A DNA stretch of 63,299 bases, the filler included, from Reticulomyxa filosa (Eukaryota; Protista; Foraminifera): the NCBI GenBank assembly GCA_000512085.1. It is 9 parts of 9 records of this genome, joined end to end, with 100 filler letters (N's around TTAATTAATTAA, not from the genome) between each part and the next. Parts side by side here need not be neighbours in the genome. Positions count along the whole stretch, not along the records: positions 1 to 24,678 come from ASPP01000595.1; positions 24,779 to 32,908 come from ASPP01022737.1; positions 33,009 to 41,762 come from ASPP01000139.1; 6 more parts are not named here. One strand, 5' to 3'. This document shows, piece after piece, positions 22,852-34,260 of the stretch. The notes below the pieces were generated by a model, which searched no databases, was not told where the DNA came from, and worked only from the letters and a program-made list of their open reading frames with translations. The stretch's first letter is position 1, and each line of letters opens with the position of its first letter. Both the position numbers and the translations under genes were made by a program.

Positions 22852-23747
22852 TGTCGGGCTGATGTCAAACCATTATTTCCTAGGGTGTGTTTGCTTTGTT
22901 TGCATTTTGGAGTCACTACCATCATTTTGGGGCAATCAACAATAAGCAAATGAAATCACAGTGTCATGATTACGTCCATTTTCTTTATTTGGCGAGATTC
23001 GATTTCTTTTTTTTTAAGAGATGAAAAATAAAAAGTAAAATTCTTTCTTTCATTACTTTCTAGGCAATTTTCAAAAATAAGTCACAACAATGTAAGAAAG
23101 ACAAATTTTCTTCATATAAGATATTTTCGAAAAATCAAAGAATACTCAAATACCCGTCTTTGCCTTGTGCGACAATTAAGAAAAATATAATAAATTGTGG
23201 GCAGTGTGCAATTGGTATCTACAATTCATTGGACAGAGATCGATCATCAATAAACTCTTGACCTGAACTTTTTAAAAAACCTAAAATTCTTCCTTGTCTT
23301 GTCAAAGCCTTGCGGTTTATTCTTTTGTATTTGCAATTTCATTCCTCAGGACAAATTGTGATATATCTGACACAGGATCAGTAATAGATTTACTGTCAAG
23401 ATGACAAAAAGCAAACTAGTCAACGTTGGCAGTGGTTAGTGAGACATCGCAATTTTGTTGACCAGAAACGAGTGTTGTAGATGTTATGAACATATTGACA
23501 AAAAAGTAAATATGGCATTACGTAATGATTTAAAAATAGTGAGAGAAAATTACTTTTTAAAAAGTGTAAAACGAAAGTGAGTATTAAAGTAGGTTGATTT
23601 AGCAATTTAAGTAAATTGAGAAAAATGATTTTTTGGTCGGTTATTAAGGAGTACTTCAATACATACTTAAAAAAAATGACAAAAGACTTTTCTTCTGCTC
23701 AAAGTGTGTCGGTTTACTTCAAAAACTCTGCTAGTTTTCTCGACAAA

Positions 23748-24678
23748 ATGAACAGTCAACACGTTTCCAGCTTGCCTTTTATTGGCATGGTTGAATTTTT
23801 CCTCCAATCGAAATGTATTTGGCTTTTGTGGCTTGTTATTAATTTGGTGGGAGTGGTAAACGGTGTAGATTTCCAGTTTCAAGTGTGCAACCACGGGGCA
23901 TATGTCGCAGATTGCACAATGTGGTATGGTTCAACAAGTGTAGACTGGGATTCATTTCCTGTTTCCACGTGTAAAAATTATGGAGTTCCTGCCTATTCTT
24001 CAAGCCCTCGTTTGCAATGTTGGGCAGTTCTTGGTTTGTAACACTTTTTTTATATTGCCACTTAAAAAAATAAAAATAAAAGCAGAGACAACAAACGAAA
24101 ACAGGATCAACAATTTTCGACTTGTCGTGGTCGACAATGAACGATCACCATTGCTTTGGAGTGAGTGGAACAACATTAATTCATAGTTATTCAACAGAAA
24201 CATGGTAAGTTTTTCAGATAATGATGCGCAAAGTCCAAATTTTTTTTTTTTCAAACATACGCACCCATTACAAAATTACAACAATAAGTATAACACATTT
24301 TCTAAAACTTTTACATGTACGTGTGCAAAAAAAATGCGTTGTGGTAGCCACGACATTATGGCAAAAAAAAAGGTTTCTTGTGGTTGCACCATTTTCATTC
24401 TGGGAGCACTATTTTTTTTTTTTGTATGAACCCATGACACGTCTCAAATAGTCCCTACACAAAGATTCCCACACGTGGTCCCACGAAACTACCGACAACG
24501 AACCCAACGATGCGTCCGACAGCTAGGCCAACAACGAGGCCCCCAACAACGAATCCAACAAAACGTCCGACCAAAAATCCGACAAAACAGCCAACTAAGC
24601 AGCCGTCTAAACAGCCACTAAACAGCCATCTAAACAGCCATCTAAACAGCCATCTAAACAGCCAACAAACAGCCGTCT
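23748..24678 (+). CDS. Secreted or surface protein: signal peptide, cytolysin (CDC) domain-4-like module, Pro/Thr-rich stalk; exons 23748-24033, 24105-24204, 24452->24678; 3' truncated
   Basis: Hydrophobic leader IWLLWLVINLVGVVNG, then NHGAYVA...VPAYSSSPRLQC...GVSGTTL, then PTxx repeats. All splice junctions are GT-AG and in frame. Confidence 0.7.
24583..24678 (+). repeat. 12-bp tandem repeat (AAACAGCCATCT)n encoding KQPS/T
   Basis: Direct repeats running to the contig end. Confidence 0.9.
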
Positions 24679-24778
24679 NNNNNNNNNNNNNNNNNNNNNN
24701 NNNNNNNNNNNNNNNNNNNNNNTTAATTAATTAANNNNNNNNNNNNNNNNNNNNNNNNNNNNNNNNNNNNNNNNNNNN
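24679..24778. other. Artificial contig spacer
   Basis: N44-TTAATTAATTAA-N44; stops in all six frames. Confidence 0.99.
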
Positions 24779-25236
24779 TGTTGTTGTTGTTGTAGCGATC
24801 CCTACCGTTGACGTAGTGCTTAACATCAATGGCTGCGCATTTGTCAATCGATGGTTTTGGGTCGTTTCGGCTGTGTCATTAATATTCATTGCATTTTTTG
24901 GACGATTGTACCTTTGGCTAGCCGAAATTGTGTTGGCTGCATCGCCTGGGACAGTATCAGAGGCTAACTCTTTTTCTTTGCCTTCTTCTTGCTCTTGTTC
25001 TTCTTCACTCTTGTAAGGGTCGTCAATCATCTTCCCATTTTCTTCACTTGCGTCGATCTTTCGCTTCGATTTCAACACTTGCTGCGACTCTTCTGCCAAT
25101 TTCCTAAACCTTGCTGCCGCGTCGTCGTTCAACGAACTGGGGTTTGAATTCTTCTTTTGCGGGCGCTTATCTTCACCCTCTCCTACGTTTGAAGTTCGAG
25201 GAGGGGGCTGCGGAATTGGACGGCTCTGTTCAACCG
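24779..25236 (-). CDS. Exon fragment of a hypothetical low-complexity protein, truncated at the contig end
   Basis: Open frame (SRPIPQPPP..ARFRKLAEESQQVLK..EEEQEQEE) with coding-like GC; no recognisable domain. Confidence 0.5.
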
Positions 25237-26334
25237 TGTTTTTTTAAATGAATTAATACCCACAAGTCACGTCCAGAAATAGGGCATGTCATGTGCAAAA
25301 CAAAAATTAAAATAAACAGCATAATCGCACCATGAGATAGGGGATTGACAAAAGGGCACGCTACTTTTTTCCTACTGTTGTTTCATATACAATGTCGAAA
25401 TCCAATATTTTTCATTGTGATAACTTGTTGTATAACTAAATCAACACAGGATTCTTTTTTTCTTCCAGAAATACATTTTGCACTTGCACATTTTTTTATT
25501 TATATTAAATGAATGACCAATGTATGCGTTTTCCAAAAAGTGTTTCGCAAGTGCAAATGACGGGCTAATAGCATTTACATAAAATGTTGTTTAGTTTTTT
25601 AAGCTAAATTTTTTTGTTCAATGTTAAAAGGATAATATATCTGATGATTTAATTGCATAACTTTATAATAATATACAACAAGTGAATTGAATCATTAAAT
25701 TACATGATCCGGGCATAGTGTTCGTTTCTAAAGAAATGTCGAACTTCAAAATAATGTCTTAAAAGTGTTATTATAGATATTATTAACATTTAACTATATA
25801 CCAACAATACTTATGATGTTATTGGCATCTATCTTTAAATTAAAGGATTATTTTCTTGTATTTTTAATTGCAGTTGTATTGTGAAAGTGTTATTTGTCGG
25901 TTTTTAGACGTCAAAACACAAAACTTTAAGTTAAAATGTCATAAACAACATACATTATAGTAAAAAAGTTAAATAAAATATCAATTGTATATAATCGATT
26001 TTCTCAAGAAAAAACAATATTAAATGACAACTTTGCAGGTAAAACATATAATGAATCATAATTTGCTTTAAAGTTGTATCAAATAACTATCCCTCCCTTT
26101 TTAACAACAATTCTTCTTATCATTAATTAATAAGCACATTAAATTCCCTCGTAACATATAGCACTTCCTACAACTTTTTAAAAATATACAGACAGTCTTG
26201 TGGGATGGAAGAGGTTATACTAAATGTAATACGAAAAGGGTTTTACTCAGGAAACCAGTGTCCGGTAAAACAAAAGTGAATTAAATAAAAGAAAGATGAA
26301 TGACGCAACAAAAGAAGAAAACAAAACAAAAGAG

Positions 26335-26418
26335 TAAGTGAAGTTGGTTACGGAGTTTTAGCCCACTGGGGACTCCCAGGTTCCTTCAACGTTCAGACAT
26401 TTATAGGGCCTTGCCCTA
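26335..26418 (-). repeat. Second copy of the structured repeat at 3685-3770
   Basis: Hairpin TAGGGC-CTT-GCCCTA at 26404-26418. Minus strand has CTGGGA GTCC ccagt GGGC TAAAAC TCC GTA. Confidence 0.5.
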
Positions 26419-27248
26419 CAGCCTTTTAAATGTCGTCTTGCTTTTATTTCATATTTGGAAATTTTTCAAAAATTTAAAATTTCTTAAATTTTTGAAAAAA
26501 AGTTGATCGTCTTGTTTTCTCGTATCATGAAATTCGACAATTTTTGTAAGCGTTTTAAAAAAAATGCTATTCTAAATAAATTTTTTTTGCGTTTTTGTTT
26601 TCGCAATTTTTTAATAAATGTATTGACAGAAATGTTATTTTGTTTTTTTGCATTTGATGTATTTATTACTCTGATTGCTTATTATTTTCTTTAACTTTAA
26701 CTTAAAAAGATAATCATTTATTGCATAGAAAATTTTTCAAACTTTTCCAAAAGAAAAAATGCACTGAAAAAGCAAATGGCTCAAAATAAAAATTGGCATT
26801 TTTGAAAAATTTGCAGTATTTCTACTCAGAAAAGAACATTGTTTGTGTCAACAAACAATCTTGTATAAAAAATAAAACAGAAAAGCAAAACACGAGATAA
26901 AACTTAAACAAATAAAAACCGTCAAAAACAGTTAACATATAATGAGAATACATTAAAAATTTGTAAAAAATTGCAGATTTGTAGATGTTTTTAAAAATTT
27001 ATTAAATCGTATTTCATTGAGAAAATTAACTATTTCTGTATGTGCATTTTAGGTGCTTTTTTTAAATCTACTGTACAAATAAGATGAGAAATAGAATAAA
27101 AACATTAAACGCCTTTGAACAAATGCTATCTTTGTAAAATAGATTTGAAAAAGAGATAGTGATTCAGTTGTTTGTCTTAAACTGTTTTTTTAGTCCTTTT
27201 AAAAGTTCCTTGTTCAAACTACAATAAAAAAACAAACTTTCTTGCAGT

Positions 27249-28247
27249 ATGTTGCAGTCTATCCGCAAAAATTCTTCCCTATTTTTGGCTTCATTGGTAT
27301 TTTGTTTTGTCTCAGTGACTATACTATGTTGGTTTTGGATAAGCCCCTCATTGAGAAGAGATGACGCGAAGATAGAGTCATTGGGAGTATTTGCAATAAC
27401 AAACGGAGATGACAAATATTGGTTGGAGCTTATGAACAGCATAAAATCAGCGCAAAATCAACCCTCGGACGATGCAAAGGTGATAATGGACTCCAAAGCG
27501 GTAGAAGCACTGAAAAACGAGCGAGAGAAAATAATAAAATATGGAGGGAGTGATAAAGATCCAGAGCATTTGGGAGGATTCGTAACAAATGACACAGATA
27601 CGTACGAACGAGAGTTGTGGGAATGGATAATCGGTGTATTCAACATATCGAGTATAATGGATGTAGGTTGTGGAATGGGTTATTCCACACAGTTTTTCAA
27701 AAAGTATTTGAATGCAAAATGGCACGGTCAAGAAAATGTGCTGTGCGTGGAAGGTTCAAAAGATGCAATCGATCAGAGTTTAGTTCCGGAGTTGTCCATC
27801 CACCACGATTATGCCAAAGGCCCATGGTGGCCTGATGCCATTTTTGACATGGTTTGGAGTGCCGAGTTTTTGGAGCACGTTGATGAAGAGTTTATGAACA
27901 ATTACATGGCTACATTTAAAAAAGCCAAACTTATTTTGGTAACACACAGCGTTTGGGGAGGATGGCATCATACCTGCGTCCATGACAGTCCGTGGTGGAT
28001 TGCCAAGTTCGAGTCCTTTGGATTCCAATATCAACCCGAACTCACGGAAATGGCCAGACAACATTGCCCGATGGCTGGGGACAGACTCAAATACTCGTAC
28101 CACGACGTCACTGCGCAAGGACACAGAAAAATGTCGCATTTCCAACGACACGGTCTGGTGTTCCTCAATCGATTGTTCTTGCGCCACTTCACACTATTTG
28201 ACCAAATGCTTTTCCAAAGAATTGCTGAATCTCCATCATTTTGGTGA
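27249..28247 (+). CDS. Intronless class I SAM-dependent methyltransferase with N-terminal membrane anchor
   Basis: TM segment LFLASLVFCFVSVTILCWFWI, motif I IMDVGCGMG, acidic VEGS, and FDMVWSAEFLEHV. Confidence 0.85.
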   Translation: MLQSIRKNSSLFLASLVFCFVSVTILCWFWISPSLRRDDAKIESLGVFAITNGDDKYWLELMNSIKSAQNQPSDDAKVIMDSKAVEALKNEREKIIKYGGSDKDPEHLGGFVTNDTDTYERELWEWIIGVFNISSIMDVGCGMGYSTQFFKKYLNAKWHGQENVLCVEGSKDAIDQSLVPELSIHHDYAKGPWWPDAIFDMVWSAEFLEHVDEEFMNNYMATFKKAKLILVTHSVWGGWHHTCVHDSPWWIAKFESFGFQYQPELTEMARQHCPMAGDRLKYSYHDVTAQGHRKMSHFQRHGLVFLNRLFLRHFTLFDQMLFQRIAESPSFW

Positions 28248-28790
28248 TAATTTTTTTTTTTTTGTCTCTTTGATGTATTCCTATTTCCTTCTTCAACTCA
28301 ATGTTTTGAGTGGCAAGCTTTTATGTTTATTCCTTTTTTTTTTTTTTTTCCCCCTCTCTCTTTTGCATGATTTAGATTCGTCGTCGATGTTTTTCTTTTC
28401 AATCCTTGCTTTTATTTTTTCATTGTGTCGTGTTTGCTACAAGTTTTGCACAATTGTTTTGTATTTTGCTTTACCTTGTGTGTCTCTTAGTTTTCTTGTG
28501 CAATTGTATCCCGACGCATAGATAAATCATAATTTTTTATTTGTTTATACGAAAATTGACAAAATGTTTTTTTTTTGGATCAAAAACCAAAAAAAAAAAA
28601 TAAGAGGCGCCTTTGTCAAAGGCTTGTGAATACTGCCTTTTTTAGTTACAATCGAGTGGCTACATTTCACTGCACTCAACCCATTCAAAAAAAAAAAGAA
28701 AGCATGCACAAAACTTAATTTTTTTTTCCATTTTTTTAAAAAAAACTTTTTGCAAGAAAAAAAAAAAAGGAATAAAAAAAATTTTAAAAA

Positions 28791-29920
28791 TCAAAGCACG
28801 TCAGTGATAATGGTCGCGGTAGTAGTATCTTTATGCGTACCAAGGAATAGATTTTTGGCGTTGCATGTTGTAATTTCGGCAATCTCTTGCACCGAAGTTT
28901 GATGGATTTGTGCGATTTTATTCAAGGAATGAACAATTTCAGCGGGTTCATTTCTTTCTCCTTTTTGTTTTGCCAAAGCAGGAGAATCACTTTCTAGGCA
29001 GATAAACTTTTTTGGCAACAATGAAACTAACTTCGTCATTTCCGGGGATCGAACAATGGAAGGGGGAATACTGAAATAAAAATTATTGTTTGAGGAAACA
29101 CATTTCAGTGCATAAGAAGGTTTGCCATCAAATGCATGCATCAACACGGAAGATTTTTTGTGATCATTATGTTCCATCAAAAACTCCAACGTATAATGTC
29201 CTGCGCCTCTGGAGTGAACATTCAATGGAAGGTTGTACTTGTTTGCCAATTGAATATGAGTCTGCAAACAGGGACGAAAAGAGAAAAAAAAATTGACAAC
29301 AATAATTTGTGCACGCGATTTGAAACAAAACAATTAAATAAATAAATTTTTTTTTTTATTCTCAAAAATAAACCTTAAAAATTTTTTTTGGGTTTCGGTC
29401 AGCTCATTCCTTTTTTTTGCCACCTCATCATTTTGCGAATCGGTCTTGACTTGCTTTCCAATTACATGTGGAGAATAATCCAATCCCACTTCTCCAATCC
29501 CAATCAATTTCTTGTGATTCTTGTCGATGAATTCTACCATTTGCGGCAATTCATCCAAATTTGCCTTGGATCAATATGCAAGGAAAAAATAAAAAAGTTT
29601 TTTTAATGCCCACCTTCTTTTCTTCCTCCCTCCCAGTATTTTTTTTTGGTATGTTTCAAAGTCGTTTTTACAGCGCAACACACTTGACATGGGTGCATTC
29701 CTGCACAAATCTCAATTATATTTGGATGCTTAGTTTGCAGTTCAAGCAATTTCACACAATCTTGATAATTCTCACCAACACAAATTATCTTTTCCACGCC
29801 TGCTTGCTTTGCTCGATTAATTACTATCTCCACATCTTTCTCAAAATCTGAGTATGTTAAGTGTGCATGGCAGTCCCATACAACATATTTTTTATTCTCT
29901 ATGCTAGTGTCTTGTGACAT
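28791..29920 (-). CDS. tatD: TatD-family nuclease (TATDN3-like), 3 exons
   Basis: DCHAH, GMHP, GIGEVGLDY, LNVHSR, MHAFDG and LESDSP motifs in order. Confidence 0.93.
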
Positions 29921-30340
29921 GGTCTAGTGGTTGCTTCAAGTTTTTTTTGGGTAAAAGACCTATTTATAGTCACCTAAAATTCGTCAAATAAATTTTTTTT
30001 TTGCAAATGAGTTTGCTTTTTTGAAAGAAAAAAATAAAAATTTGTGTTATTTGTCCATAAGTTAGTTTGTTGGAAGAAGGGTCGAAATTAAGAGCAAAGA
30101 TTACGTGTCAAAGCAAAGAAGTAAAAAAGATTATGTTTACGTTTCGGTATGGTCTTTGTCATATTAATATATGAATCAAACACCAAATTAAAATATAACA
30201 ACTATTCCAAAGAATAAACACAAGAGCGAATCCGGATCGATCAGGGTAAGCCAAATGCCAAAACAATAGAAAATAAAAATATAATAAAAAAAAGATAAAA
30301 AAACAAACGAAAGGAAAATTACTGTTAAAGAAAATTCAAT

Positions 30341-31400
30341 TTAATTAGGACGAGCAACAGTTCCTATCAACTCATCAATGATTTTGGTCGCGACATCAGT
30401 GATGGTTTCATCATCTTGATACTTTTTGGGCTGTTGCTTTTTCGCAATTTCTTTTTCATTGACAAATACACTGGACATTGGGACAAACATCCTTTTATTT
30501 CTGTGGAACACATTATAAATAACCAAGCAATTTTTTTTTTTAAAAAAAAAGGAATGAAAGGATGGAGCCACTCTCTTTTTTTTTCTTAAAGATGAAGAAC
30601 GAAAAGGACATTACAAAACAAATAAGGGCTTCTGGTTTCAAGGAGCTGCGTCAAAGATATATCCTCACGGGAAACAGAAGCAGCTTCGTCCCAAACGATG
30701 GATGGAAGACTTGCATTTTTATTTGCATTAGTGGGTGACCTGTTGGCGAAGGACTCCAAATCTTCCGGCGCAACGGAGAAGTCATTGGAAGGTATGGAGT
30801 CCAACACTTCCGCTTCAAACTGTCTCTTGTAATCCTCCATCAACTCCTTCAGTCGCACCGCCATGCAAATTATTTTTATGCCCGCGCGCAACTTCGCTTG
30901 GCAATGCGTCATGCGCAGTCGGTTTCTGCGCACTTTACTCAGAGTCTGAGTTGGAGTCTTGGTAATGAAGGGATGGAGCAATGCTTGGCTGGCAGTGATG
31001 CGTCGACTTGGGTCTCGTTGCATCAGCTTTTTCAACAAATCAATGCCTTCTGCCGATACCTCTTTGAAGATTGGGTCTTGCTGTAATTTCTTATCTATTT
31101 TCATTTGTTTTCATTTGTTTTTTTTTTTTTGTTTGTTAGAAAAGACACAACTGATATTAAATTGCATGACGTCAACAGCAATTTGATGAAAGTCGACGAA
31201 TTTGAAAGGCGGAACCCCAAACAATAGGATATATAGCACACACCCTGCGGACCACATATCCACTGCTGTGCCATATGACTCCATTCGGTGCGCTTCTGGA
31301 GCCATAAATATTGGAGTGCCTCGGTATCCTTTCACCTTTTGCCATTGAACCTATTCATACGTATATCACGACACGATATAAAACAGTAGTAATTATACCT

Positions 31401-31432
<32 letters not shown>

Positions 31433-32896
31433 CATATATATTAGACATTGATAACATGAAACAAACCGTTTTATTAGAGTCGACAGTAAGTGACATTTGC
31501 TGAGCCAGTCCAAAGTCAATAAGCTTCAATTTGGCGCCAAAAGCGACGGATTCGAACAAAATGTTGCCCGGTTTGATATCGCTGTGAACAATACCTCTGT
31601 CGTGGATGTATTCCAAAGCGCAGAGGATTTGCGTGAAAAACGCGGCGCAATGGCATTCGCGGAAGTATTGAGAGAAGTGGCTCCCACTGAGACTGCTGTT
31701 CGCATCACGCTTTGGCGGCGACAGCGCGCCTTTGATGGAAGAGTTGGGATTGGAATTGGTTATGGAGCCAGAGTCGGAGTCGGAGTCGGAGTCAGACATG
31801 GACAACACACGACGGTTGGAAGGTTCGACGGCGGGATCCACGTCCAAGCGTTGCATACTGTCCCGAGTTTGCCGAGCCAACTGCACGATGACATGGAGTA
31901 GGTCGCCACCGGGCAAGTACTGCAATATTATCCGTATCTCATGCGCATTTTCAAACGAGTCGAGAAACGTCACCACATTCTCATGGTTCAAGCTCCGCAA
32001 CATTAATATTTCCCGATAGCCACGCATTATATCACGTACATCCGTTAATTTACTTTTATTTAAAATCTTGCCACCCCCCCATTTCAATTATATATATATA
32101 TATATATATGTACATACATATATCTGTACATACATATATCTGTACATATATATTTTAAAACTTTGCATGCGTAGACGCTCGTGGTTTCGGCTTTGTGTTT
32201 CACCAATCGTACACTGCCATAACCACCACGGCCTAAGATTTGTTTGGAGCGATAAAACTCGAAGCACTCTTGAAAAGGTACCAATCGCAAGCGATAGGTG
32301 TGATGATTGCGACAGGTGCACATGCTCAAAAGTGCATATAGCTCGTGGATCAGTTCCATCTCTTGCCCTTTCCAACTGTCCAACACGTTATCAATCAGCA
32401 CGTAAGGAATCATGGTCGTCTCTCGCCGATATGGATTGCCGCAAATGCTTTCGATCGATTCGTCTCTGCTCATCTCACTTGTCGATATTACCGAATTGAC
32501 TGTGATCGATTGCGCCATTGCGATGTGATTCTCTTGCGCCGACACTATTATCCAGTGGTCGATGAGAAACTTTCGTATCAATTGACATGAGTAAGGATCT
32601 GCTACAGTTATTCCTTCTCTCTTCTTTCGCTTCTCCACACTTTCCTGACGCTCTCTTACCATGTCTACCCATTCGTAGCATTCCTTCACGCTTTCCTTTT
32701 CATAGACCGTCTCTTCTTCTTTTTCTTCTTCCTCCTCTCTTTTTGACCTTACTGTCACTACACTCTTGCCAAACACATTATAGTGAGGACTCTTCTTTAT
32801 TAATGTACGCATCGCTTCACGAAATATTTTTCCAGTCATTGGGCTTTGCCGATTTTTTTTTTTTTTTGGTGGTCCCCCCCTCTTTTTTTTGTTCAC
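30341..32896 (-). CDS. CAMK-group Ser/Thr protein kinase, multi-exon; 5' end uncertain (contig edge)
   Basis: [51 protein letters not shown], then a CaM-binding-like basic helix [16 protein letters not shown]. Confidence 0.9.
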
Positions 32897-32908
32897 ATAT
32901 ACACACCC

Positions 32909-33008
32909 NNNNNNNNNNNNNNNNNNNNNNNNNNNNNNNNNNNNNNNNNNNNTTAATTAATTAANNNNNNNNNNNNNNNNNNNNNNNNNNNNNNNNNNNN
33001 NNNNNNNN
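32909..33008. other. Artificial contig spacer
   Basis: N44-TTAATTAATTAA-N44. Confidence 0.99.
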
Positions 33009-33143
33009 TGTTTTCGCAACCGTTGATTGATCTCACCTTACAACCTTTGAGAATTTTTTGATATTTTAAAGATTAAATTAAAACTTAAAATTTTTTTTTC
33101 ACTTGTTTGTTGATCTTTTCCATTTTTTGTTTATTTTCATTAG

Positions 33144-33173
33144 AGTACTGTGTCCCTTTTGGGACGAGGTGCT
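33144..33173 (+). repeat. Stem-loop motif followed by an A-tract (~33205-33221)
   Basis: AGTAC TGT GTCCC TTTT GGGAC GAG GTGCT. Confidence 0.7.
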
Positions 33174-33227
33174 TATTTTAACTTGGATAAGGTCTCATTC
33201 TTGCTAAAAAAAAAAAAAAAATTTCCA

Positions 33228-34260
33228 ATGAAATTAACCGAACCAACCAAGCAAAATAAGAAGTTATCGTAAATCAAAAGACTCCAATCAAATTGTCACG
33301 AGATCTTCGAAAAAATATTGTGAAACCATATGAACAGTTATTGAAAATAACGTATACGTCTACAATTACAAAGGCTAATAAATTAGTATTTCGCCTTAAC
33401 AGAAATAGTAATGAAGATAATATTCAAGATATTGTGAATGATATTAATGCAGCAGTATCAGGCAAATACATCATTTGTCATGTACCAGATAGCGAATTCA
33501 AGACGAAAGGAGTGGTTGTGAAAGGAATTTATCCTGAAGAAGATATTGCTGATATTCAATCAGAATTGGAGAATGAAGGTCATGCGATTAGAACAGTTTA
33601 TCGTTCAAAGAAATCGCAAACAGTCATTCATATACATTACAAGTCTATAAATCAAGCCAAGCAAGTTGCGAAATTGCGTATTGGTTTCATCTATGCGACT
33701 ATTATAAATTAACATAAAAAATATAGAAACAAAAGAACAACAATATCAAAATGTTATTGATTAGGAACAACAGCAAGAGATAACATACAAAAATGAAATT
33801 TTGGACCCAAATACAGCAATAAAATTGGATAGATTAACATTCTAAGATTTACGAAACACAATGACATTCATACGGTCATTGAGTAAACAAGACCGTATGG
33901 ATATGTATAAAAACACTTCTCATTGGAAAGAATATGTTTCCAAAGATTATAAATACATTACAAGCACCAATGTGGAAATTGTTGAAAGATATAAATCCAA
34001 GTCTTTCTGCAAGATTACCTTCAATGATGCAATTGGAGCTGCAGTATTCAAAGACTGCTTCATCCAAGCGATATTAGTATATGAACTACCACAAAAACAT
34101 TGAAGATACTTATTTTTGTTTTTTGTAATGTTGTTTGTTGTTTACTTTTTGTATTGAATTGTGTATTTAGTACTGTACTCATTTTTGGGTGAGGTGCTTG
34201 TTCACATTGTTTTTCTTTATGAATTCAAAAGCGACATTCTATCTCCAAAAAAAAATAAAC
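33228..34260 (+). mobile_element. Decayed non-LTR-retroelement-like fragment: Gag/ORF1-like ORF 33293-33712, second ORF 33861-34103, T-rich tail, stem-loop 34169-34198, A-tract
   Basis: VVVKGIYPEEDIADIQSELENEGHAIRTVYR resembles the pre-zinc-knuckle region of LINE ORF1 proteins. No introns; paralog at 41340-41640. No RT domain seen. Confidence 0.5.

Noticed and set aside
24723-24734. TTAATTAATTAA recurring eight times, superficially like a repeat array
   Set aside because: Synthetic six-frame-stop linker embedded in N runs; not biological and not CRISPR.
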